53,582 nucleotides of DNA, from positions 1 through 53,582 of IMG/VR virus record IMGVR_UViG_3300044723_010423; one strand, given 5' to 3'. The translations under genes and the position numbers were made by a program. How positions within the stretch are numbered: the stretch's first letter is position 1; every line of letters begins with the position of its first letter. The notes under the pieces are model-generated. The model made no database searches. It was given only the letters and a program-made list of their open reading frames with translations, and had not been told where the DNA came from. Below are positions 27,435-37,367 of this stretch, piece after piece. Source of the DNA: a virus (lineage: Duplodnaviria; Caudoviricetes).

Positions 27435-27670
27435 GGTGGGACAAAAGCTGTCTTACCCCAAAAAAACTTGAAAAAAGTTTTTTTGAGTATGAACTTGACA
27501 GCATACATGTTTTAGTGGTAAAATCCCCGGCCTTCGTAAGGCCATGCCTATCAACAGTTTACGTTGATAAAAACCCTCTGTAAACTCTTGATGACGAACC
27601 GCTTACGCGGCCCGCCCTTCGGGGGGAGGCGGTAAGTCGTTGCTTACCAAAGGTTTAGGGGCCGAAGCCC
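27435..27670 (+). repeat. Promoter/palindrome cassette, copy C
   Basis: Copy B lacking one promoter-palindrome module. Confidence 0.85.
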
Positions 27671-27686
27671 TCCTTGTCAAGATTTT

Positions 27687-27860
27687 TTACCAACTGCTAT
27701 CTTTTGTGAGAATGAGCGGTAATTGCTTACCTGCGCTGTTCATCAAGTCCTCCGTGTGCCTCCTGCATTCCTCTTCGGTTCCTTCAAAAATTACGCGCCA
27801 TGGCTTGAAGTCTTCGCGCACTGAGTGGGTTGGTTTGGTTTCCATATCTTTATTTTCCAT
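27687..27860 (-). CDS. Small hypothetical protein (not in ORF track)
   Basis: 57 aa, MENKDMETK...KDSSW. Confidence 0.5.
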   Translation of the reverse strand: MENKDMETKPTHSVREDFKPWRVIFEGTEEECRRHTEDLMNSAGKQLPLILTKDSSW

Positions 27861-28072
27861 GAATCTATCTTATCATATGGGGTAGGACATTTGCGGTCCC
27901 ACCCTAAAGAAAGTATGATTTATTTTAAAATTAACACAAACCTTTGATATTTAACATGTTACAAAGGCCGGGGATTTTACCATGATCATTGTCTATTCGT
28001 CAAGCTTATTATTAAAAAAAGATATATTAAAAAAAGCATTGTATTGAATCTTATTTTTCTTATAATCTCCTT

Positions 28073-28708
28073 ATGAATCGCACTATTAAAGCTCTTCAAG
28101 AAATCACAGGTTCCTTGTCCACACCTAGCAAGATGCCTTGCTTCTCGTACAACACACCCGCGAAAGCTTGCAAAACGGGATCTATTCTTGCCAAGCAAGA
28201 GGGCACAGTATGCAGCAACTGTTACGCCTTGAAAGGTCGCTACCTATTCGACAATGTTCAAAAGTCTTTAACCAATAGACTTGATAAGTTAAAACAATCG
28301 GCATGGAAACAAGCCATGATCGAATTGATACAACGTAGAGAAAAAAGTGGCGTGTTTCGTTGGCACGATTCAGGAGATTTACAATCTTCTGATCATTTGC
28401 ATATGTTGTTTGATATTGCAGAAGCTTTGCCTGATATTAAGTTCTGGCTTCCTACTAAAGAATTCAAAATGGTTCGTGAAGTATTACAAGAAAGAAAAAG
28501 ACCATTGAATTTCATTATCCGTTTGTCAGCTTTCAAAGTAGAGCAGTCTGTCAAATCTTATGCAAAAAGATTAGGAGTCTTATCTTCTGCAGTATCTAAT
28601 GACAAGTCAAAGGTTTCTTGCGTTGCATATAAGCAAAAAAATGTTTGTGGAGATTGCCGCGCATGTTGGGATTCAACCGTGGATGAAGTAATTTATCCAG
28701 AGCATTAA
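28073..28708 (+). CDS. GP88-like Cys-rich phage protein
   Basis: SKMP, C..G, CSNCYA, FRWHDSGD, FWLPTKE, IRLS, CGDCRACW. Confidence 0.75.
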   Translation: MNRTIKALQEITGSLSTPSKMPCFSYNTPAKACKTGSILAKQEGTVCSNCYALKGRYLFDNVQKSLTNRLDKLKQSAWKQAMIELIQRREKSGVFRWHDSGDLQSSDHLHMLFDIAEALPDIKFWLPTKEFKMVREVLQERKRPLNFIIRLSAFKVEQSVKSYAKRLGVLSSAVSNDKSKVSCVAYKQKNVCGDCRACWDSTVDEVIYPEH

Positions 28709-28842
28709 ATGAACAACTCAAGCAAAGTAGAGATTGCCATTGTTGCAATTTTGTATTTCATCTTTATTTTATGTTCAAAATAAAAGTTAAAATAAATCAA
28801 AAAATGCTTGCGCCGCCTTAGGTTTTCGCCTATATTTGAACC

Positions 28843-29097
28843 ATGGAAACAATCACAATTGACATACCAACCGCCAACGGAACTTTAGCCACCGTCTCTT
28901 TCGAGCGCGACAATGACGGAATCGGGTCTTGGGAATGTCACGGTAAAGGGTTTGATAGTGGCACGGATTTTGTATCTGTTCATGATTGGCAGGTTGATGA
29001 AGAAGCGACACAAGAAGAGCGCGAAGAGTCCGAAGCATGGCTCGACTCTCATCCTGAAGAGTTGCAAGCTCTAGTTGAAGAAGAGCTTTGGGGTTAA
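28843..29097 (+). CDS. Acidic hypothetical protein
   Basis: TTGCGC-N17-TATATT-N6-ATG. Confidence 0.7.
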   Translation: METITIDIPTANGTLATVSFERDNDGIGSWECHGKGFDSGTDFVSVHDWQVDEEATQEEREESEAWLDSHPEELQALVEEELWG

Positions 29098-29529
29098 CCC
29101 TTGCGATGGGGTAGGGGTAACCCTACCCTATTTCTAAAAAATTCCAACATTACTTTTCTTAATATGTCGAGGTGGGGCATCTATCTCAATATCTAATCAA
29201 AACAAAACACATCATAACATTATTTACAAGCCTAAACTCACCCCCCTATATTAACAAAAACGGACAATCCGTTATAAAGTCAGAAAAAACAAAACAAAAA
29301 AAATACCCAACTACAAAGTTAATAGTTTGGGCTTTTTCGCAAAAAACAATAAAAAACAACTATAATTTTCTTAAAAAAACAATAATATAATATATGGAGC
29401 AAGAAATTATCACATTATTAAAAGAACTGATAAAAACCAAGCAAGAATTAAAAGATTTGACTAAAGGTTACAAGGATCAGATTAAGGTTTTGGAAACAGA
29501 ATTGAATGATAAAATAGATCAATGTGTAG

Positions 29530-29946
29530 ATGAGTGACGGTGGGTTTATGGTTTATGCGCCGCCTTCTGTGTCTGAGGCTACTAAGCTTAAGGTGCAGGA
29601 GCAGCGCCGTTTTCGTAAAAAAAATACAGAGATTGAAAATTTTTTATTTTTTCATGATAAAGATCGTCGTTTAACTATGGCGACACACAATAGTGAAGGG
29701 GTATATGATAGGTTTTCATTAGTTACGGATTTCGATTTGATGGAGATGTGTGTATATATGACATCTTTAGAAATATTTATAACAGATGTTATTACTTTAA
29801 GTCATCCTCATGAACCTGATAAATATCATATTATATATGATGGTAAAATAATATGTTCAACCCCTATACATATTTTAATAAAAAAGTTGTCTTTTGAGAG
29901 AGCTTTAACTCAAGCTGCTAAAGTATATTTATCGGAGAAAGATTGA
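29530..29946 (+). CDS. Hypothetical protein
   Basis: 138-aa ORF. Confidence 0.6.
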   Translation: MSDGGFMVYAPPSVSEATKLKVQEQRRFRKKNTEIENFLFFHDKDRRLTMATHNSEGVYDRFSLVTDFDLMEMCVYMTSLEIFITDVITLSHPHEPDKYHIIYDGKIICSTPIHILIKKLSFERALTQAAKVYLSEKD

Positions 29947-30213
29947 TTAATTAGAATCGATAAAGCTATTGCCTGCGAGAATGCAATCAGCGATTTGGTC
30001 AGCTTGATCATCTTGAAGTGCACCAGTAAACCATGATTTACTATTCATAATTTCTAGATGTCGTATATTACGGTCAACATTATTTTTCTTTTCTTCGATA
30101 GATTCGTCGCTTGTTTCGGTGCCTGAGGCGATATTGTTAATTAGATTCACAGATTCAAAAGCCGCATTAATATTATTTTGAATTTCTTCTTGAGTCAATT
30201 CTTCTTCTAACAT
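29947..30213 (-). CDS. Small acidic protein, possibly fibre-associated
   Basis: Ends the LamG cluster; VDRNIRHLEIM. Confidence 0.55.
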   Translation of the reverse strand: MLEEELTQEEIQNNINAAFESVNLINNIASGTETSDESIEEKKNNVDRNIRHLEIMNSKSWFTGALQDDQADQIADCILAGNSFIDSN

Positions 30214-30244
30214 AATAGTTATTATAAGTGTTTTGGGTAAAAAA

Positions 30245-32092
30245 TCAAGAAAAACGAGATTTAGTTGTGTTATAATTATTTAATACTTCTGCCGCTGTTA
30301 AGGCTTTATTATGAACTAAAACTTGAGCGATCTCTCCATCCCAAAATCTATCTGTAGAATCATAATTATCTTCTCCAATTATTAAGTTTTGATTAAAAGC
30401 GTAAGATGTGTAAGATTTAGAAAACATTAAACTACCGTTACGATACCATTTACATGTTAAGCCTTCGAACACCATACACATATGATTCCATGTATTAGTT
30501 GTTACTGCATCACCTCCTTGGGTAGGCCCCCATCCTGATGATTGAATACCCATACCCCATACACCACCAGTCATCCCAAAATAAGCTCTAAAATTCCCAT
30601 TCCAATTACCCTGAACAAAAATCATTCTACTACCACTATTAGTATGAGTTTTGACCCACACAGTATAACTTATAGGGTTAGTTGCGGGGTTATGACCGTT
30701 ACCAAACGATGTAGATATATAACTATCTGTACCATCAAACTCTAAATATGCGCTAGTTAAAGGCATAATAACTTGCCCGTCTCTGTAATGAGTTGTGCTT
30801 GTGCCGGTTCCATTTATTAAAGAGCCATTATTATTATTGCTTGATAAATCTAATAAAGATGCGTTTTTTCCTCTTGATGTCGGAACAGAAAAATTATTGG
30901 TACCTCTCCATAATGCTGTGCCTTTTATGATTCTAACTTCATCTATATACCCATCCCAATGCTGACCACCGGATGCCGATCCTATATACAATGACTGTGT
31001 AGCCCCTATTTGAGTCGCATACGATACTCCGCCAATATAAGCTCCGTCTATCCACAACCTACATGTCCCATTGTCTCTAACAAAAGCGCAGTGGTGCCAT
31101 AAACCATCATTACGATAATTACCAGATTGTCTAATATTAGGACTGCCACCGCCCATCCAATAAAGCCAAATACCATATCCACTATCGTTAAAATCAAAAC
31201 TTATATTAGTAGAATTACCTGACCCAATATTTAACGCATGCATTCTAGTGTTTGTAGCAGTCCCACTATTCATATTGAACCAAAAATCAATAGTAAAATC
31301 GCCTGTTCCAAAGTCACATAAACTAGTAGAAGCAGATGTTATTTGTTGACTACTCGCCCTTACAAATGACATCGCAGATCCACCAAACGGTCCTGTTCCC
31401 GCATGAGACGCTCCATTAGAGCTTGTTAAAGTTAAATTGTTTACGCTTGAATCTGTAAATGTAGTCCCAGATCCGACATCTCCGTGAGATATAAAATCAA
31501 TCTGATTAGGTCTAGTTAAATTTGAAAAAGGAACATTATAACTTAAAGTCGTAACTTGAGGTTTAATCCATCTAGTTTTATCATTTACTGTAGTATTGCC
31601 ACCATTAGTCATACTGAACCCCGGATTCGGACCTCCGCTAGCGGTCCCAAAACTCACTGCTTTCCCGAAAGGTCTGTACTCGTCTGTAAAATAAATGCTA
31701 CCACCATCTAAAGGGTCTAAATTAGACCAGTCGCCAGCACCTGTGTAAACTTTCGGCCTCATAGTAGTAGATGATCCAGCAGATTTTTTAGCCCATATAG
31801 AAACAAAACCAGTACCGCTTGTTGGTATATTAGTCGCAGCTCCAAATCTAGATCTAGAAGAACTATTAACTGTACCAGTATATGACATTTCACAAGCATA
31901 ACCGCTAGGGGATTCACTATCTGCTACTTGAGAAAATGTATTACCACTATAAGTAGATCTGACAGAAAAATCTACGGCTGAAGAAGTTACTAAATTAGCA
32001 ACAGGTTCCCCCGCATACGAGTTAGCGTCAGCTGCGTCTAAAGATAAGACTAATTCATCATTTATTATTTTTGGTCCTAGTTTTGATCCCAT
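30245..32092 (-). CDS. LamG/ConA-like domain virion protein
   Basis: GDFTIDFW, WHHCAFVR, GYIDEVRI, NYNTTKSRF. Confidence 0.85.
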   Translation of the reverse strand: MGSKLGPKIINDELVLSLDAADANSYAGEPVANLVTSSAVDFSVRSTYSGNTFSQVADSESPSGYACEMSYTGTVNSSSRSRFGAATNIPTSGTGFVSIWAKKSAGSSTTMRPKVYTGAGDWSNLDPLDGGSIYFTDEYRPFGKAVSFGTASGGPNPGFSMTNGGNTTVNDKTRWIKPQVTTLSYNVPFSNLTRPNQIDFISHGDVGSGTTFTDSSVNNLTLTSSNGASHAGTGPFGGSAMSFVRASSQQITSASTSLCDFGTGDFTIDFWFNMNSGTATNTRMHALNIGSGNSTNISFDFNDSGYGIWLYWMGGGSPNIRQSGNYRNDGLWHHCAFVRDNGTCRLWIDGAYIGGVSYATQIGATQSLYIGSASGGQHWDGYIDEVRIIKGTALWRGTNNFSVPTSRGKNASLLDLSSNNNNGSLINGTGTSTTHYRDGQVIMPLTSAYLEFDGTDSYISTSFGNGHNPATNPISYTVWVKTHTNSGSRMIFVQGNWNGNFRAYFGMTGGVWGMGIQSSGWGPTQGGDAVTTNTWNHMCMVFEGLTCKWYRNGSLMFSKSYTSYAFNQNLIIGEDNYDSTDRFWDGEIAQVLVHNKALTAAEVLNNYNTTKSRFS

Positions 32093-32101
32093 ATTTACTC
32101 C

Positions 32102-32821
32102 TTATAATCCGAATCTTGATTTCATTGAGTTGTAGTTTTGAAGAACTTCAGCATTAGATAATTTTCTATTGTATAAGTTTGCGCAACCCATTTTACCATT
32201 AAAATAAAAACCGCTATTTCTCCATCGTCCTATTGTAAATTGGCTAGTAGAATCTTTTCTAGAGACATAGGAACTTGATGCGGTTTGAGTAACTTGACCG
32301 TCAGAGTTAAATAGATCAAAAGTAAACCCAAAGTTATCTTGCCACCTCCACACGCAAAAGTTCCACTCACTAACATTAAGAATACAATTCCCAGATGCGC
32401 TATGTTGCCTAAGAGTCCCTCCGTTATCAAAAATCCACGCACTCATGTCTCCTACATTAGAAGAAGCCGCACTCTTATTCATATAAAGAGAAAAAATATG
32501 ATTACTACTATCTGTTCTATTTATAATCGCAGAATAACTATCAGCATTACTAAGTGAATCAGGGTTTACCCAAGCGCATACAGTAAAAGCGCCCCCACTA
32601 TCATCGTAGTCAAAGGTGCTTGGCCCTACTACGTCATCTGTACCATCAAAATCAAAATAACCGGCAGAATTAAAAGCAAGCCCACTAAGTGATGCGTTTT
32701 GCTGATTTGGCGTTAAATCATACCAAGTGCTTCCGCTACGCGGATATGAGTTTGGATCTTTTGCATCTAAGCATAAAACTAAATCATCTCTAACTATACT
32801 TGGTCCTCTTGTTATCGCCAT
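32102..32821 (-). CDS. LamG/ConA-like domain protein
   Basis: LVLCLDA, FDFDGTDD, FTVCAWV, LYNRKLS. Confidence 0.85.
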   Translation of the reverse strand: MAITRGPSIVRDDLVLCLDAKDPNSYPRSGSTWYDLTPNQQNASLSGLAFNSAGYFDFDGTDDVVGPSTFDYDDSGGAFTVCAWVNPDSLSNADSYSAIINRTDSSNHIFSLYMNKSAASSNVGDMSAWIFDNGGTLRQHSASGNCILNVSEWNFCVWRWQDNFGFTFDLFNSDGQVTQTASSSYVSRKDSTSQFTIGRWRNSGFYFNGKMGCANLYNRKLSNAEVLQNYNSMKSRFGL

Positions 32822-32823
32822 AA

Positions 32824-35013
32824 TTAATATCCAAATCTATTTTTAAAATAATTAAAGTTTTGTAGAATTTCGGCATCTGTTAATGCTACATCCCATATTT
32901 GAAAGTTTGCCATTTTACCGTTAAAATAAGATCCATTCCAGCGAGATCCAATCATATCACACGGTCCACCATTAGTTGTCTTAGAGTAAAAAGCAGAAGA
33001 ATCTGCGACTCCGTTTAAATACATCTTCATCGTTTCATCACTGTAATTAACCCAAGTTAACATGTACCAATTTTTAGTTGATACAGCGGTGTTAGCTTTA
33101 TTATAGTACCATCCTCCGCCCGGACCAGCACCGTTATTAGCATAACCATAATTCCAATACCCCATCTTCCAATCGCTTCCATCTTGGTCAAAACCAAATG
33201 CATTTGTAACAGGACCGCCGCTTGAGTTAGAAAGTATTGTTACATCATTAAAAGAATCAGCATTAACCCAAACAGAAAAACACCAGTTGCCATTTCCGAA
33301 AGTATAACTGTTGATCGTAAATCTATCGTCAGTACCATCTAAATCATAATATTTAGGGTATAAATTTGATGCTCCATAATAAGTGGGGCCAACTAATGTT
33401 GCGCCAGTTGTAGCGGCAGCATTATGAACATTATTATAACTTAAGTCGTACCAATAAGTAGTATCAGCGTTACGGCCAAACATATCCATATCATAATAAC
33501 GTTGAATATCTCTTGGTTTTGGTATTTTAGGTATAGCTGCTATTCTACTTTTGGAGGCGTTATAATTTTGAGCTATTTCATCTGCGCTTAAAGCTTTATT
33601 GTATGCTTTCACAAAAGCAATTTCACCATTAAAACTTTGACTACCATCTCCAAATGGAGAGCCAGTAGGGATAGAAGACGTAGACGGAGCTGAAAAACTA
33701 CTACTAGTTAGTACTGAAGTTCCATCTTTATAAATTTTACAATTAGACCCAGACAATGTTACTGTCCAATGCGCCCATTCTCCAGCATAAGCGATGTCGT
33801 TTGTATTAACATGCATAGAAGAATTAGAGCCACCGTGACTGAATCTAACAAGAGGTCTCCAAGTCGCCCCATCATACCTTATGCAAATACCATAGTTTTG
33901 ATAAGACTCGTTTGAAAAAATGTAGTAATTAGTTCCACTATCTAAGCGAGAATTGCAATTAGCCGCCCATTCTATAGTTAACTCACCTGAAGTGCCTGAT
34001 CCAGCTAAATTTTGCACATCAGAAGTTCCGTTGAATTCAATTCTTCTACCGCTTTCTTTTTGGTAAAAAATGCCTCTACTTGGCATTATGCCGGGGTTGT
34101 AATAATTGTAAGATGAACTAGAGTTATCTACAGAAGCGCTGGCTGTTAAGTCTTTTAATTGCCTTTGGGATGTTAAGCTAGGAGCTAAAGAGCAAAAAGC
34201 TATATCCCATTTTTTAGCTAAATAAAATTCTATTTGCAGCCTTTCAGAATCGGTTAATACTCTATTGAAAATAATTACCTCACAAACATACCCATTAAAT
34301 CTGTCACCGCCAGTTATATCATCGCCAATGCAATAATGGGTAAATGTATAATTTGTTGCGGTATTACTAGCCCACCTATACCCGTTAAGAAAAGCTTGTT
34401 GAATGCTGGAGCTGCTAGAAACTCTATCGCTGAGTATAACTAAATTCCCTTCTCCTCTTAATGTAGCGTAAGATGAAGTGCCTTGATTATAAAATCTCAC
34501 TCTATCACTACTGTAAGCTGAGCCTTCAAAATTAATCACACTCCTGTTGCCAACGCTTGCAGATACATAAGCTCCTTGAGCCATTTCAAAAACTGCATCA
34601 GATTCGAGGTTTACAAAATGATGTTGTTTGCAAACGATGAACCTAGTGTTACCTCCGCTTTGCCCCGGTTGATTGCTACCAGAAGTTGTAAAAGCCCCTT
34701 TCAAGGTATCTCCGGCGGTATTACTTGTAGCTATAAAGTTTATCACTCTTCTGCCGTTAATGGTGTAAGACGAGCTGTATTGAGGGTAATCAGTGCTATA
34801 CGCTGTGGCGTGATTACCGTTACCACTTTTATCAGACCATTGTGTTACATCTGATCCTGAGGTTACAACTGAGGTGGCGTCGTCAGCATCCAGCCACAAA
34901 CAGCAATTAGGTATATCGTTAGGAGTTTTAACTGCATCGTCGCCCGTATAATTTTGAGTGCCATCTACGAAAAACACTAATCCGTCATTTGCTATTTTAG
35001 GTCCGTATTGCAT
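32824..35013 (-). CDS. Multi-LamG domain protein
   Basis: LWLDADD, EVIIFNRVL, YNKALS, IWDVALT. Confidence 0.85.
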   Translation of the reverse strand: MQYGPKIANDGLVFFVDGTQNYTGDDAVKTPNDIPNCCLWLDADDATSVVTSGSDVTQWSDKSGNGNHATAYSTDYPQYSSSYTINGRRVINFIATSNTAGDTLKGAFTTSGSNQPGQSGGNTRFIVCKQHHFVNLESDAVFEMAQGAYVSASVGNRSVINFEGSAYSSDRVRFYNQGTSSYATLRGEGNLVILSDRVSSSSSIQQAFLNGYRWASNTATNYTFTHYCIGDDITGGDRFNGYVCEVIIFNRVLTDSERLQIEFYLAKKWDIAFCSLAPSLTSQRQLKDLTASASVDNSSSSYNYYNPGIMPSRGIFYQKESGRRIEFNGTSDVQNLAGSGTSGELTIEWAANCNSRLDSGTNYYIFSNESYQNYGICIRYDGATWRPLVRFSHGGSNSSMHVNTNDIAYAGEWAHWTVTLSGSNCKIYKDGTSVLTSSSFSAPSTSSIPTGSPFGDGSQSFNGEIAFVKAYNKALSADEIAQNYNASKSRIAAIPKIPKPRDIQRYYDMDMFGRNADTTYWYDLSYNNVHNAAATTGATLVGPTYYGASNLYPKYYDLDGTDDRFTINSYTFGNGNWCFSVWVNADSFNDVTILSNSSGGPVTNAFGFDQDGSDWKMGYWNYGYANNGAGPGGGWYYNKANTAVSTKNWYMLTWVNYSDETMKMYLNGVADSSAFYSKTTNGGPCDMIGSRWNGSYFNGKMANFQIWDVALTDAEILQNFNYFKNRFGY

Positions 35014-35015
35014 AA

Positions 35016-35744
35016 TTATAATCCAAATCTAGATTTCATTGAGTTGTAGTTTTGAAACACTTCGCCCGCCGATAAAGATTTATTATATATTCCTACATGC
35101 GCCATATAACCATACCAAAAAGAACTTGTAGTATAACGGCACCCTATTCTTAAATTTGCACCTAGATCTTCATCTGTAGAACCGTTGCTAACGTATACAT
35201 TCCTAAAATCCGTACTTTGGGTAATCTCTGTACCATTTAAATATAATAATGTTCCAGAAGGGTTAGAGGTCGCTACCATATACATCCATGTATTAAGAAA
35301 AACACTGGTAGAAGCATTAAAAGTCGCATCAAAATTATATTTTAAATTGTTATTCCAATTAATATTAATACTTGAATAGTTTCTTAAAAACCATACGCCG
35401 CCGTCATTTCTAGCATCGAAAAAATATCTACCAGTAGCATCTAAAGCCTTAAACCATAAAGAATAAGAAACTGCTGAGTGACTTCCTAAATCCCCCTCAA
35501 CATTTATACCATCAGAGCCATCAAAATAAAAAGCGCCTCCATTAGTTGAGTTATAAGCTGGCATTCTAGCAGTATCAGGAGTAGGTGTTCCTGCGCCGGG
35601 TGACCCGTTAGCTCCTGAACAAGTTTTACCTCCTACTAAATCTGTAGCAGTCGTCTCGCCAGACCCAAAACATCTAGGGTTAGCTGGATCTAATAAAAAT
35701 ATTAAGCCATCAGTAACTATTCTTGGATTATTATGATAAGACAT
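35016..35744 (-). CDS. LamG/ConA-like domain protein
   Basis: IVTDGLIFLLD, YNKSLSAGEVFQNYNSMKSRFGL. Confidence 0.85.
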   Translation of the reverse strand: MSYHNNPRIVTDGLIFLLDPANPRCFGSGETTATDLVGGKTCSGANGSPGAGTPTPDTARMPAYNSTNGGAFYFDGSDGINVEGDLGSHSAVSYSLWFKALDATGRYFFDARNDGGVWFLRNYSSININWNNNLKYNFDATFNASTSVFLNTWMYMVATSNPSGTLLYLNGTEITQSTDFRNVYVSNGSTDEDLGANLRIGCRYTTSSFWYGYMAHVGIYNKSLSAGEVFQNYNSMKSRFGL

Positions 35745-35745
35745 A

Positions 35746-36138
35746 TTACATTATTCCTGTTGGCGTCCACTCTGGTGTTGATAAATACTCCAGTATTTCT
35801 TCATGGTGCCATTCGATTTTACCGCTAATTTCTTCTGCTAAGTCATAACAATCAGGTCTGCCAGCTTCATAACCTGAAGGGTAAAGCATCCCTGACCCTG
35901 TGATAACAGGGGGTTCTACTCCTGTGTTATAATAAAATTGCCAAGTGTTGCCGCTGGCGTCTACATTAGCGCCAGTTGGATCAACGGGATATTCGATAAC
36001 ATTATACTTGACGAAAAACGTTCCGCTATCCACCGAATAACGAACTGTTTCGGCGCTTGTTTCTTGCACTTGATTAAAATTAACCCCTGATATATTTTCA
36101 GAGTCTAAAAATATCCATCTTCTGTTGTGAAAACTCAT
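35746..36138 (-). CDS. Phage hypothetical protein within the LamG cluster
   Basis: NQVQETSAETVRYSVD...HEEILEYLSTPEWT. Confidence 0.7.
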   Translation of the reverse strand: MSFHNRRWIFLDSENISGVNFNQVQETSAETVRYSVDSGTFFVKYNVIEYPVDPTGANVDASGNTWQFYYNTGVEPPVITGSGMLYPSGYEAGRPDCYDLAEEISGKIEWHHEEILEYLSTPEWTPTGIM

Positions 36139-36140
36139 AA

Positions 36141-37367
36141 TTATGTAAATCTATTTTTTGTTGCGTTGTAATTGCTTAATATTTCTGCGGCTGACAATAC
36201 ATCCTCGTAAACTCTAAATAAACCTATTTTGCCGTTCATGGTGCCACCGCTTCCATCCCCAAGATAAAGAGCGTTTGAGTTTGTCGGAATAAAGGCCGAG
36301 GTGTCTGTTAAGACTGATTTGTAAACACCATTCAGGTACCCTTTATTTCTTACCCCTGCTCCTACCCCCAAAAACTCACCTGTCCCAACAACTTGGTACC
36401 ATGTACCTGTACTCATGTTACTGAGGTCTTCTATGTTTACTCCCCCCCAATAACCTCCGTAAGAAAACCTTAAGCTGCCATAAATCATACTCAACAATAT
36501 ACTACCATCATTATTCCAATTCGCAGTTTTTGAAAAAATAGAGTCATATGTACTTGAAGCAGGAAAAGAATCTATGTTTATCCATATTTCCCAAGTTTTT
36601 GCATTATTTAACTGTGTTGAATGATCTATTTTTACATGGTCGTCGCTGCCATCAAAATCTAAATAACTGTTAGCAACAGGCATTATTACCTGACCATCTC
36701 TGTAATAATTAACTCCTGTATTGGTTCCATTTAACAAAGAGCCATCGTGGTCATTTGTACTTAAATCTTTCCAACCGTCAGTAGCTGAACGAGAAGTTGC
36801 TGGACTAGTAACTGGTGTTGTATATTGTTTTTTCTCCAACTGCCAACCACTTATGTAGATTTTTTTCATAGCTGCGATGCCTGTAAACCCAGCTAAAGAA
36901 ATATAATTACTAGACCCTGTCCTAGTCCTTCTTACTCTGTACCAACCATCTCCAACATCCGTTATAGTACCTGCACTTGATCCATCAGAAGACGGGTAAT
37001 ACATATATACAGACATACTCGACATAGTTGATCCGTCTTCGTACTTTATATACGCACTAAATGTCCATTCTGTAGATGTTTCACTATAATTGAAATCTTC
37101 TGTGCCGTTTAAATAACAGTTTCGGCTCGTACCGGGTGTCCATAAAACCGTATCATACCCGTTGTATTTTAAATTTTCATCTGTTATAGCGACAGCGCCC
37201 TTAGACCCTAACCCCGTTTGACTGCTTCCATCTCCCAACCATCCACCAGTTGATGAAGTATTAATAACATAATTCTGAGTAGGCTCCCCAGCATACGACT
37301 TAGCATCGTGTGCATCTAAACATACCACTAAGTTATCATCGATTATTTTTGGCCCACCTTTTATCAT
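36141..37367 (-). CDS. LamG/ConA-like domain protein
   Basis: CLDAHDAKSYAGEPT, LDFDGSDD, NYNATKNRF. Confidence 0.85.
   Translation of the reverse strand: MIKGGPKIIDDNLVVCLDAHDAKSYAGEPTQNYVINTSSTGGWLGDGSSQTGLGSKGAVAITDENLKYNGYDTVLWTPGTSRNCYLNGTEDFNYSETSTEWTFSAYIKYEDGSTMSSMSVYMYYPSSDGSSAGTITDVGDGWYRVRRTRTGSSNYISLAGFTGIAAMKKIYISGWQLEKKQYTTPVTSPATSRSATDGWKDLSTNDHDGSLLNGTNTGVNYYRDGQVIMPVANSYLDFDGSDDHVKIDHSTQLNNAKTWEIWINIDSFPASSTYDSIFSKTANWNNDGSILLSMIYGSLRFSYGGYWGGVNIEDLSNMSTGTWYQVVGTGEFLGVGAGVRNKGYLNGVYKSVLTDTSAFIPTNSNALYLGDGSGGTMNGKIGLFRVYEDVLSAAEILSNYNATKNRFT

Noticed and set aside
29172-29390. 72-aa ORF
   Set aside because: A-rich low-complexity sequence with a GTG start; more likely intergenic.
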